Origin: an uncultured Desulfobacteraceae bacterium
GTDB taxonomy: Bacteria; Desulfobacterota; Desulfobacteria; Desulfobacterales; UBA11574
Assembly (NCBI GenBank): GCA_964591175.1
Contig: CAZQAF010000009.1
Coordinates: 7,619-71,618 of the forward strand
DNA length: 64,000 nt
Direction of reading: 5' to 3'
Shown: positions 1-8,442 of the stretch, piece after piece
Layout of the letters: every line of letters starts with the position of its first letter
How positions within the stretch are numbered: the first letter of the stretch is position 1
Program-made: the position numbers and the translations under genes
Notes under the pieces: model-generated
Told to the model about the DNA's origin: nothing
Seen by the model: only the letters and a program-made list of their open reading frames with translations
Databases searched by the model: none

Positions 1-924
1 AGCGGAGAGGCAACCGCGCTGAGTGCCGGCACCAAATGGAACCAGGTATATGTCGGGAGTAATCCCGCCAACTTGGCAAACAGCGATGTGATTTCCTTTT
101 CAGGGACGACACGTTCAGGAGGCGCTGTTTCAGGGTTATACACCATCAATGATACCAGCACGGATACGGTTCAAGGCCTTCTTTCCGCCATTGAATCCGC
201 TTATGGAAATAGCGTCAGCGCTACCATCAATAGTTCCGGGCAAATTGTTCTGACAGATAAGAATACGGGTAACAGTCAACTTTCCATTACCTTTGATAAT
301 ACGCAGGCCCATGATTTAAGTTTCGGCTCCTCGGTATCCACAGCCAATACCGGTGGACTGGAAGGCCGTTATGCCACGGACATCACTGCAACAGATGACG
401 GAAGTGGCCATTTGGTCCTCACCCATGATAACTATGGCAGCAATTACAGCTTTTCCATTTCTGAAGATGGGGCCAGCAAGCTCTGGAGCGGCGGCGACCA
501 GACCGTCAATAACGGAGTGGACGTTGCCGGCACCATCAATGGAGAAGCGGCCACAGGTTTGGGACAGTTTCTGACGGGTGACAGCGGTGACAACAACGTG
601 GACGGACTGGCGGTAAAATATACCGGCACCGCTGAAAATACGGATGCGGGAAATGTTAAGCTGACGATTGGGGCCGCGGAACTCTTTGACAGAATGTTAT
701 ACAACATTACCGACTCATATGACGGCTATGTGGCGTTTAAAGAAAATTCTCTTCAAGAAAATATCGATAACTTGCAAACGAGAATGGATGACATGGAGGC
801 GCGTTTGAATCAGAAGCAGCAAATTATGATCAATCAGTTTGTGGCCATGGAAACTTTCATTAGTCAGATACAGACCCAGAGCCAATGGCTTACACAACAG
901 ATAAATCAATTGTCCAGCGGATAA
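1..924 (+). CDS. fliD: Flagellar filament cap protein FliD, 3' part (5' end is outside the window)
   Basis: Frame is open from base 1. C-terminus has DVAGTING, then a heptad coiled coil and FVAMETFISQIQTQSQWL, typical of FliD_C. Lies directly upstream of fliS. Confidence 0.87.
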   Translation, partial: SGEATALSAGTKWNQVYVGSNPANLANSDVISFSGTTRSGGAVSGLYTINDTSTDTVQGLLSAIESAYGNSVSATINSSGQIVLTDKNTGNSQLSITFDNTQAHDLSFGSSVSTANTGGLEGRYATDITATDDGSGHLVLTHDNYGSNYSFSISEDGASKLWSGGDQTVNNGVDVAGTINGEAATGLGQFLTGDSGDNNVDGLAVKYTGTAENTDAGNVKLTIGAAELFDRMLYNITDSYDGYVAFKENSLQENIDNLQTRMDDMEARLNQKQQIMINQFVAMETFISQIQTQSQWLTQQINQLSSG

Positions 925-1017
925 AAGCAAAATCGAGAATATAAAATTAATGTGTTTAATGAACAAATAACCATGGCGATTTTAAAGCGACGTTAAACTG
1001 AAAAGGGAGGGTTTTAA

Positions 1018-1464
1018 ATGTATTCCAATGGTATTCAGTCGTATGTAAAAACAGATATATCCACCTCGGATCCTGTGAAGCTGGTGATTATGTGTTACGA
1101 GGGGGCCATTGAGAACCTTAAACTCGCAAAAGAGAAGATAACAGAAAAAGATTATGAGAAAAAAGCAAAAGCCATCATAAAGGCCCAGGATATTATCGAT
1201 GAACTGTTGTGTTCTCTCGATTTTGAAAAAGGAGGCGCTATCGCTTCCAATCTGAGCAGTCTTTATAATTACATGCTCAGAAGAATCCTCCACGGAGATG
1301 TGAATAGAGATATTAGCGCTATTGACGAGGTGATCGGGATGTTGGATGAATTGCTGTCGGCCTGGCAAAGTATTTATTTGCAAAAGGACATTCAAACGCG
1401 ATCCGTTACGGATAATTTCAGTCAAAATAAAACAGCGATGAGCTCGGGATATATCAGCGTATAA
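1018..1464 (+). CDS. fliS: Flagellin export chaperone FliS
   Basis: Motifs DPVKLVIMCYEGAI, KAQDIIDEL, LDFEKGGAIASNLSSLYNYM; GGAGG RBS upstream. Confidence 0.95.
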   Translation: MYSNGIQSYVKTDISTSDPVKLVIMCYEGAIENLKLAKEKITEKDYEKKAKAIIKAQDIIDELLCSLDFEKGGAIASNLSSLYNYMLRRILHGDVNRDISAIDEVIGMLDELLSAWQSIYLQKDIQTRSVTDNFSQNKTAMSSGYISV

Positions 1465-1478
1465 CCATAGGTAATAAA

Positions 1479-1928
1479 ATGGAAAATATGGAACAAGAAT
1501 ATTGTATGTTTTTGGAAAAGAAGCTGGTGCAGTTTAAGCAGTATCAGTCTTTCACGGAAAAGATGAGGCATGTCATGTGTAACAGAGAAAAAAACAAGGA
1601 GATCTCAGGATTGATTTCAAGAAGACAGACCTGCATCGGTGCTATAGAAAAGATCAATGCATCCATGGAGAAGATCGTCAAAAAAGGTTCAGCCGGTTTT
1701 TCAGGTATTCAAAAAAAATACAAGAGCCTTATTGATGGTTATATGTCCAGTATAAAAGATATCATGATGCAAATCGATCTTATGGACAGGGAATTGGTGG
1801 CGATCAGTGCCGAGCAGCGTGACGGTATCAAAACAGAGCTTCTTAAAATACGAAATACGCGACAGGCTGCTAAGGGATATAAATCAAACATGAGATATCC
1901 TGCCAGATTCTTGGATACCAGGAGGTAG
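1479..1928 (+). CDS. Helical hypothetical protein at the fliT position (FliT/FlgN-like chaperone candidate)
   Basis: 149-aa all-helical ORF after fliS ending PARFLDTRR. The product call rests on synteny only. Confidence 0.5.
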   Translation: MENMEQEYCMFLEKKLVQFKQYQSFTEKMRHVMCNREKNKEISGLISRRQTCIGAIEKINASMEKIVKKGSAGFSGIQKKYKSLIDGYMSSIKDIMMQIDLMDRELVAISAEQRDGIKTELLKIRNTRQAAKGYKSNMRYPARFLDTRR

Positions 1929-1952
1929 ACATAAGCGCTTAGACTATTTTTC

Positions 1953-1979
1953 TAAAGTGTTTGATATAAGAACCGATAC
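1953..1979 (+). promoter_or_regulatory. Candidate sigma28 (FliA) promoter for flaG
   Basis: TAAA-N15-ACCGATAC versus consensus TAAA-N15-GCCGATAA. Confidence 0.65.
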
Positions 1980-1985
1980 ATTATC

Positions 1986-2130
1986 TAGTGTTCATCCATA
2001 AATGGTCTTTTTGCCCAATCGCTGTGTTATGCTCAAAAAATAATCCTCGGAATATTACACATATGCCTGTGGTTATTTTTTTCGCATGCCTTGATCTTGA
2101 ACAAAAATCCTCATTTATGGATGGACACTA
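1986..2130. mobile_element. ~145-bp MITE-like element (copy E1) in the flaG 5' UTR
   Basis: 19-bp terminal inverted repeat with 1 mismatch (TAGTGTTCATCCATAAATG / CATTTATGGATGGACACTA); TA at both ends; core blocks shared with copies at 50817 and 63674. Confidence 0.75.
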
Positions 2131-2150
2131 TCTAAGGAGGTGGGATTATT

Positions 2151-2501
2151 ATGTCGGTTGAGCCAATCATCGAGTCTGGAAAGTCGATGCCCTTGTCGTC
2201 TCAGGAAAAGGTTCCTGCCGGTCAGGGCACGGTTCAAAAAAATAATGACGGTCAGAAACCGGTTCAAGTGCCAAATTTGACTGAAGTGTCTAAAATGGCA
2301 TCGGATATCCAGAAAAATTTGAATATCATTCATGATGTTCGTCTCAAATTTTCGGTTCATAAAGATACCGGCCGCATTGTTATCACCGTTACGGATGAAA
2401 CCACCGGCAAGGTGATCAGAGAAATTCCTCCAGCAGAGCTCGTTGAATTTTCATCTAAATTTGACGAGGTCGTCGGTAAGCTATTTAACCGGAAGGGCTA
2501 A
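2151..2501 (+). CDS. flaG: FlaG family flagellar protein
   Basis: LKFSVHKDTGRIVITVTDETTGKVIREIPP motif; TAAGGAGG RBS. Confidence 0.92.
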   Translation: MSVEPIIESGKSMPLSSQEKVPAGQGTVQKNNDGQKPVQVPNLTEVSKMASDIQKNLNIIHDVRLKFSVHKDTGRIVITVTDETTGKVIREIPPAELVEFSSKFDEVVGKLFNRKG

Positions 2502-2532
2502 AATTTGAACCTTTGGAACTGTTGCCTCAAAA

Positions 2533-3201
2533 ATGCCTGAAACGACAAATCAGCAGATAAACATCCTGATTGTGGATGATGAGACATCGGTAGCGGATAT
2601 CCTCAAGGATTGCGTGTCCGACACAGGGAGATCTGTCGATGCTTGTTACAACGGTCTGGATGGTATCGAGTATATACAAAACAATCACTATGACCTAATT
2701 ATTGTTGATCTGGTGATGCCAAAAGTCGGTGGTTTGGATGTATTGAAATATGCTAAAAAAGAAAACCCGGATGTCCTTGTTATTATTATTACCGGTTACG
2801 CATCATTAGAAACTGCTATAACGGCCGTGAAAGAAGGGGCTTATGATTATATCAGAAAACCATGTAAGCTTGAAGAGATAAGGATTGTAGTGGATAATGC
2901 CATCGAGAAAATAAGACTCTACAGAGAAAACAAAAAACTGCTGAAACAAATTCAGGATACTTACAGCGAATTGATGGTTTTAAAGCAGGAGAAAAAGACA
3001 GAAAAAAAAATATCCAGCATCAACTTTTTCTCTTCAAACATGCCGGGACTCCATTATCTTTACAACAACAGTTCATCTCCAAACAACACCGTAGACAAGC
3101 TGCAGGCCCTATCAATGCTCAAAGAAAATGGTAATCTGACTGAAAGTGAGTTCAAAAGTTTCAAACAAAAACTTCTTAAAACGATAAATTCCGAAGAGTA
3201 A
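2533..3201 (+). CDS. Response regulator: REC, coiled coil, C-terminal SHOCT-like motif
   Basis: Intact REC (IVDD, IVDLVMP, ITGY, YIRKP); C-terminal DKLQALSMLKENGNLTESEFKSFKQKLL. Confidence 0.85.
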   Translation: MPETTNQQINILIVDDETSVADILKDCVSDTGRSVDACYNGLDGIEYIQNNHYDLIIVDLVMPKVGGLDVLKYAKKENPDVLVIIITGYASLETAITAVKEGAYDYIRKPCKLEEIRIVVDNAIEKIRLYRENKKLLKQIQDTYSELMVLKQEKKTEKKISSINFFSSNMPGLHYLYNNSSSPNNTVDKLQALSMLKENGNLTESEFKSFKQKLLKTINSEE

Positions 3202-3217
3202 ACAAACAGAACTGTCA

Positions 3218-4726
3218 ATGAATGAAAATTTAAGAATACTTGTTGTTGACGATGAAGAGTGTATCCTGGATATTTTTAAAAGCTATTTCGAGTTTGCCCC
3301 CGACTATACGCTCTTAACGGCAAGCGACGGTCTGGAAGCCCTTGAAATAATCAAGACCGATCAAATCAGCTGTTGTTTTACAGATCTTGCCATGCCCAAA
3401 TTGGACGGCTTGGAACTCGCCAGAAGAATTTATCAATATGACAACACCATTCCAGTGGTTGTTATGACCGGTTATCCTTCCATGGATGTTGCCATAGAAA
3501 CCTTAAAAAACGGCGTCGTTGATTTCATCACAAAACCATTTAACATGGAGCAGATCCTTCCGACGATTTCAAAGGTAATTTCTGCAAGATCAACCTTTGT
3601 CGAAAATATATTACTAAAAGAAGAGATTGAAAAGAGCAAAAAACTTACGAAGATTAATAACGAGCTCACTAGAAAAATAAAAGAAATCGAAACCATAAAT
3701 CTTATTCTTCAGGATCTGGATCAGGCAAAAAGCAGCCGGGATATTTTTAAGAAATTGGTTAACTTGTCAGGCAAAATCACCCAATGTGATGAAGCTCATT
3801 TCTGTTTTTTTACACAAGAGATGAAAAATTATGAGATCATCACATCTTTTTATAAAGATGACTGTATAAAGGCGGGAGATTCCGAAATCATTGAAAAGGA
3901 GATGCTTGGAAAGATTGCCGCGGACGGTATACCTTATCTTATAAAAAGAAAAAATGATGAAGGTAATATTATCGCTATCCCTCTGAAGATTCGGTCCAGA
4001 GTTTTTGGTATACTGGCATCAATCATTAACAGCACGAAAAAAGGTTTTAGTGAGAAAGATATCTATTTTTTAAATTTTCTATTGGAAAAGGCCTCTTTTT
4101 CCATAGAAAATATGGCACTTTATGAAAATATTTACGAAAATCTATTCTCGACCCTTTATGCTTTTGTTGAAACAATCGAAGCGAGAGATCCATATACAAA
4201 GCAGCACTCGGCCAGTGTATCCGGATACGCCATGTCCATCGCAAGAGAAAATGGTTGTTCACAAGAGGAAATCGCAAAACTGGATATTTCCGGCAATCTG
4301 CATGATATCGGGAAAATCGGTATCCCGGACAGCATACTGTTGAAGCAGGGAAAGCTCAACGATGATGAATATGAGATTATAAAAAAACATCCGGTCATTG
4401 GAAGCAATATTATCGGACATCTGGGGATGTGGACAGATGAGCAGGATATTATAAGGCATCACCATGAAAGATTTGATGGAAAAGGATATCCGGACCGGCT
4501 GAAAGGCGAAGAAATTCCACTTCTTGCCCGAATTCTTTCCGTAGCGGATGTTTATGATGCACTGACTACCGATAGATCCTACAGACAAAAAATGTCGAAT
4601 AAAGTTGCTGCCGAGATGATTAAAGAAAATTCAGGAACTCAGTTTGATCCGGAAATTGTGGATATATTTTTTCATCTTTACAGCAAAGGTTTGCTGCCAG
4701 CTCAACATCCGCGATTGAGCGTATGA
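3218..4726 (+). CDS. REC-GAF-HD-GYP c-di-GMP phosphodiesterase
   Basis: REC at the N-terminus; EARDPYT..HS, LHDIGKIGIPD and HHERFDGKGYP motifs. Confidence 0.92.
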   Translation: MNENLRILVVDDEECILDIFKSYFEFAPDYTLLTASDGLEALEIIKTDQISCCFTDLAMPKLDGLELARRIYQYDNTIPVVVMTGYPSMDVAIETLKNGVVDFITKPFNMEQILPTISKVISARSTFVENILLKEEIEKSKKLTKINNELTRKIKEIETINLILQDLDQAKSSRDIFKKLVNLSGKITQCDEAHFCFFTQEMKNYEIITSFYKDDCIKAGDSEIIEKEMLGKIAADGIPYLIKRKNDEGNIIAIPLKIRSRVFGILASIINSTKKGFSEKDIYFLNFLLEKASFSIENMALYENIYENLFSTLYAFVETIEARDPYTKQHSASVSGYAMSIARENGCSQEEIAKLDISGNLHDIGKIGIPDSILLKQGKLNDDEYEIIKKHPVIGSNIIGHLGMWTDEQDIIRHHHERFDGKGYPDRLKGEEIPLLARILSVADVYDALTTDRSYRQKMSNKVAAEMIKENSGTQFDPEIVDIFFHLYSKGLLPAQHPRLSV

Positions 4727-4737
4727 TCAACCATCGA

Positions 4738-6192
4738 TTATACCATGGAATATTTAAGGTTTTGAGAATGCTTTGCGTGATAAAGTCTTACATCGGCCTT
4801 TGAGATTAAATCCTCTTCGGTTTCGTGATTTTTAAGCTCGCCTGCTGTGGAAATGCCACAGCTTATTGTTATGCTTAATTTTTTGGATTCCCATTCAAAA
4901 ACGTGATTTCCAACATCGGACAATACCCTTTTTAATAGCATTTCGGCTTGTTTTATATCCGTATTCGGGAGAAGAATTACGAATTCATCACCGCCATATC
5001 TGGATACGATATCTGACTGCCTTGTTGAACCTATCAAGCATTCTGAAAGTTCACGCAATACAACGTCGCCGGCCTGATGTCCGAAGGAATCATTGATCTT
5101 TTTGAAATTATCAACATCAATCATAATTAAAGAAAGCGGTTTGTGATATCTTGTTGCGCTATGAAATTCTTTTTGAATAAATCCTTGAAAGCCTTTCCGG
5201 TTTAAAATGCCGGTAAGACCGTCTTTGACGGCCATTTCTTTGAGTTTATGATACTCCTGAGCATTTTTTAAAGACATGGCAAGAATATTCGATACGGTTG
5301 AAAGCAGTTCCATTTTCTCATCATTATATTCATCATTGTTTTTGGGTAGGATAGAAATCATGCCCAGCGGGTAGCCGGCAAGGCTTAACGGCAAGACAAC
5401 CTGCTTGGCAAGTGAAATGGCCTCTGCCGACGATATTTTAATGTCGGATGAATATAGATGAACATCGCTGTCCTTTATTGAAATACTTTCTCCTGAAATC
5501 GAAGAAAATGTTTGGATCATCTCTTCTTTCAGCCGATCGAGAATTTTTTTATTGATTTCTTTTTCAGATAGATGAAATGCCAGATTCCACTTGGAACCGA
5601 TCCGGTAAAGCATACCAAACAACGCAGGGTTTAGCACATTTAGAAAACCTGTATTTAGGATCCTGGGAAGGATCATTCCCCAGTTGAGATCATATGCCGC
5701 TTCGGAAGTCAGCCGATTGATAAAATTCAGTTCTTGGTTCTTTTTTCTTAGATCTTCTTTTTCTTTTTCAATGCTTTCATTGATATTTTTGAGGTCATTC
5801 ATCATGCGAAATATTTCGATGAAGGATTTCCGGTTCTCTATCCCGCCCAAAATGGTCTCATAAAGACGTTTTGAAATATTGGACCTGGAGATAAAACCAT
5901 AAACACCTGTTTGAAGAATTTCGGAAATCTTTTCGGCTTTTTTGTCTTCTCCATAAAGAATAACACAGGCTTGGGATCTGTTTTCCTGAAGAAGATTTAT
6001 CCAGTTGGAGGCATGATTTCCGACGTGGTCATAATCGACAAGGATGGCGCTAAACTCGTTGTCCAAGAGTATGTTTTCAACACCCTCCAAAAGCGTTATG
6101 GTCATAACGTCGAAGCCCCTAGATTCAAGAATATGTTTAAAGAGATTTTTGTCCTTGGTTTGATTGCTTATGACCAGTATCTTTTCATTCAT
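4738..6192 (-). CDS. Diguanylate cyclase (degenerate REC, GAF-like region, GGDEF)
   Basis: DGLTGILNR, DVDNFKKINDSFGHQAGD, RQSD I-site and RYGGDEF. Start placed at the ATG at 6192, after a GAGGTG RBS. Confidence 0.92.
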   Translation of the reverse strand: MNEKILVISNQTKDKNLFKHILESRGFDVMTITLLEGVENILLDNEFSAILVDYDHVGNHASNWINLLQENRSQACVILYGEDKKAEKISEILQTGVYGFISRSNISKRLYETILGGIENRKSFIEIFRMMNDLKNINESIEKEKEDLRKKNQELNFINRLTSEAAYDLNWGMILPRILNTGFLNVLNPALFGMLYRIGSKWNLAFHLSEKEINKKILDRLKEEMIQTFSSISGESISIKDSDVHLYSSDIKISSAEAISLAKQVVLPLSLAGYPLGMISILPKNNDEYNDEKMELLSTVSNILAMSLKNAQEYHKLKEMAVKDGLTGILNRKGFQGFIQKEFHSATRYHKPLSLIMIDVDNFKKINDSFGHQAGDVVLRELSECLIGSTRQSDIVSRYGGDEFVILLPNTDIKQAEMLLKRVLSDVGNHVFEWESKKLSITISCGISTAGELKNHETEEDLISKADVRLYHAKHSQNLKYSMV

Positions 6193-6350
6193 ACCGACAC
6201 CTCGCCTATACTCAAAACTATAAAACACGCTTAAATGGTTGACTCCGAAGAAAATCAGGTTTATCAGGGCCGGCTTTCACCAAAGTCTCTTTCAAATAAT
6301 CGCAAGGTCATCCAATGTCCTGGTTATTTTCACTATTCTTAAAAGAATAA

Positions 6351-6367
6351 TGCAAAAACCGTACCAA
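6351..6367 (-). promoter_or_regulatory. sigma54 promoter for the diguanylate cyclase
   Basis: Minus strand reads TTGGTACGGTTTTTGCA (GG-N10-GC). Confidence 0.75.
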
Positions 6368-6479
6368 ACCTTGTTTGCGGGCATTTATGGCAATTAACCA
6401 ATTGATTTTGAAGAATATATACATTATAAATAGATAAAATAACTATCGGTTTCTTGGTTCGTTCTTTTAAGGAAATAAA

Positions 6480-6495
6480 TGTCAAGTTATTGACG
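6480..6495. promoter_or_regulatory. Candidate enhancer (FleQ-box-like) between divergent sigma54 promoters
   Basis: TGTCA-AGTTAT-TGACG; the same motif occurs at 10342 and 26432. Confidence 0.55.
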
Positions 6496-6636
6496 CATTT
6501 GATGATCTTGAAGGCAAACGGAATATTTAACGTGTCGGCTATCAAACGGCAAGTTATCCGTCGGAGCTGTTCTCAGGCATTGTCATTTTCGTCCCGGATC
6601 GTGTAGATGTTGAACAGCATCAGGGATTGAAAGATA

Positions 6637-6652
6637 TGGTACGATAGTTGCA
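6637..6652 (+). promoter_or_regulatory. sigma54 promoter for the PilZ gene
   Basis: TGGTACGATAGTTGCA (GG-N10-GC). Confidence 0.75.
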
Positions 6653-6709
6653 TATTTTTTTTAAAATTTTGTTTTGACTTTCTTCATTTTAGCGACAAGG
6701 GTGACGACT

Positions 6710-7282
6710 ATGCCTCAAGTTGAGAGACGATCTTATGTCAGAGGGAATTTTTCTTTTAAAATTAAATTTAAAACAATGACTTCAGATGAATATGAAGCGC
6801 TATTAAATTCCCGCGAGCCCCATTTTTCACAATTTCAAGAAGAACATGGTTTTACTGCCGTAGACAAGGTTGAAAATGTCGATACATCAGTTGATGCTTC
6901 ATTGATGAATTATATGGTAAAAATTGATGAAAAACTGGATCTCATTTTAGAGTTATTGATAAAGGATAATGAGCCAGAGGATCTTTTTGAGCAAGGGATA
7001 GGGGTAAATATCAGCGGCTCTGGCATGAACATCATGGTGGATGAGCCTGTTGAAACCGGGCAGATCATCCATTCAAAAGTTTATCTTTCAAGAATGCCGA
7101 TTGTATTTTTGGATGTATTTGGGGAAGTTGTCCGTTCATCTGAAATAAGTGAATGCGATAAGAATGTCTATTCTTTGGGGATAAGGTTCTTGGATCTCAG
7201 CGTGAATGACCAAGAAAAAATTATCGCGATGGTATTTAAAAGGCAAAGAGGTGATCTAAGAAAGAGAAAAAAAGGGTCCTGA
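6710..7282 (+). CDS. PilZ-domain c-di-GMP receptor
   Basis: RRSYVR (RxxxR) and NISGSG (D/NxSxxG) motifs; ATG at 6710 after AAGGGTG. Confidence 0.85.
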   Translation: MPQVERRSYVRGNFSFKIKFKTMTSDEYEALLNSREPHFSQFQEEHGFTAVDKVENVDTSVDASLMNYMVKIDEKLDLILELLIKDNEPEDLFEQGIGVNISGSGMNIMVDEPVETGQIIHSKVYLSRMPIVFLDVFGEVVRSSEISECDKNVYSLGIRFLDLSVNDQEKIIAMVFKRQRGDLRKRKKGS

Positions 7283-7450
7283 TTTTGCATGTATTATTGC
7301 ATAACGAGAAACGCTTTTATTCTGAACGAACAAATTGCCTGTTGCCAGGAAAATTTTTCCGTCCTGTTTTGTTGATTTTGTTGTATACCGATTGTTATAA
7401 TGCTTTCAAGATAAAGTGAAGATATCAATAATTGAAGGAGAAAATTAATT

Positions 7451-7828
7451 ATGGATTTAAATATGAAGGTTCTCATTGTCGACGATTTTGCCACCATGAG
7501 AAGAATTGTTAGAAATATCTTAAAGCAGATCGGTTTTAAAAATATCATTGAGGCGGATGACGGAAAAAGCGCCCTTAAGGAGCTAAAAAAAGGAAAGGTC
7601 GACCTGATATTATGTGACTGGAATATGCCGGAGATGCCGGGAATAGAATTATTAAAAGCTGTGAGATCCGATGATGAATTAAAGGATATCCCTTTTATTA
7701 TGGTGACGGCTGAAGCCCAGAAAGATAACATTGTCGAGGCGGTTAAGGCCGGTGTTAGCAATTATGTCGTTAAACCATTTACTGCGGAAACAATCAGTGA
7801 AAAATTATCCAAAGTATTCGGGGGTTGA
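7451..7828 (+). CDS. cheY: Chemotaxis response regulator CheY
   Basis: LIVDDFATMRRIV, DWNMPEMPGIELL, MVTAEAQK, YVVKPFT. Confidence 0.95.
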   Translation: MDLNMKVLIVDDFATMRRIVRNILKQIGFKNIIEADDGKSALKELKKGKVDLILCDWNMPEMPGIELLKAVRSDDELKDIPFIMVTAEAQKDNIVEAVKAGVSNYVVKPFTAETISEKLSKVFGG

Positions 7829-7878
7829 GCCCGGACGTATTGTTTTATTTATGTTTTAACGCAATATTTATAATTTTC

Positions 7879-7906
7879 TAAAGGATTTGTTCGGCGATGC
7901 CGAATA
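7879..7906 (+). promoter_or_regulatory. Candidate sigma28 promoter for ORF 8044
   Basis: TAAA-N16-GCCGAATA; the spacer is one base longer than canonical. Confidence 0.45.
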
Positions 7907-7935
7907 TAAAAGGAAATAGGCGTTAAAAAATGGAC

Positions 7936-8011
7936 AACCGCAAATGGACGCAAATGAACATCAATCAATATTATTATTTTAATTTGTGTTTATTCGTGTT
8001 CATCCGTGGTT
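7936..8011. repeat. Imperfect palindrome built from 9-mer units
   Basis: Arm 7936-7965 AACCGCAAATGGACGCAAATGAACATCAAT versus the reverse complement of 7982-8011, AACCACGGATGAACACGAATAAACACAAAT; the mismatches are almost all transitions. Confidence 0.7.
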
Positions 8012-8043
8012 TCCTGTGCAAAAAATAAAGAAAGGGTCTAAAA

Positions 8044-8442
8044 ATGGATATCAAGAAAATAGACAGTTCATTCCAAGCTGCTTTATCATCCACTAAAAAA
8101 GCAGATTGCGATCATCAATTCAAGCAGATTTTTGATCAAAAGCTGGATGAAATAAATGGAACAGGAAACATTTCTCTTGTGGATGATAAACGCAATGTGA
8201 TGGAGCAAAGTGAAAAAATTCTAAATCTTTTGGATAGTTACTCCGGAGCCTTGGCCGATCCGACAAAATCTTTAAAGGATATCAGGCCGTTAGTGGACAG
8301 CATTGAAAAAGAAGTCGGATCAATCGAATTTGTAAATAAAAATCAGATGCATGATGATAAAACCCTTGACAAAATTGTTAAGGATTTGGCTGTGACTGCA
8401 AAAGTGGCGATGTATAAGTTCCATCGCGGGGATTTTATATAG
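8044..8442 (+). CDS. Hypothetical flagellar-cluster protein
   Basis: 132-aa helical ORF ending AMYKFHRGDFI, with an AAAGGG RBS; function not recognisable. Confidence 0.7.
   Translation: MDIKKIDSSFQAALSSTKKADCDHQFKQIFDQKLDEINGTGNISLVDDKRNVMEQSEKILNLLDSYSGALADPTKSLKDIRPLVDSIEKEVGSIEFVNKNQMHDDKTLDKIVKDLAVTAKVAMYKFHRGDFI

Noticed and set aside
955-989. Promoter upstream of fliS (GG-N10-GC at 975-988, or TTAA-N15-GGCGATTT)
   Set aside because: Both readings are weak and mutually exclusive.
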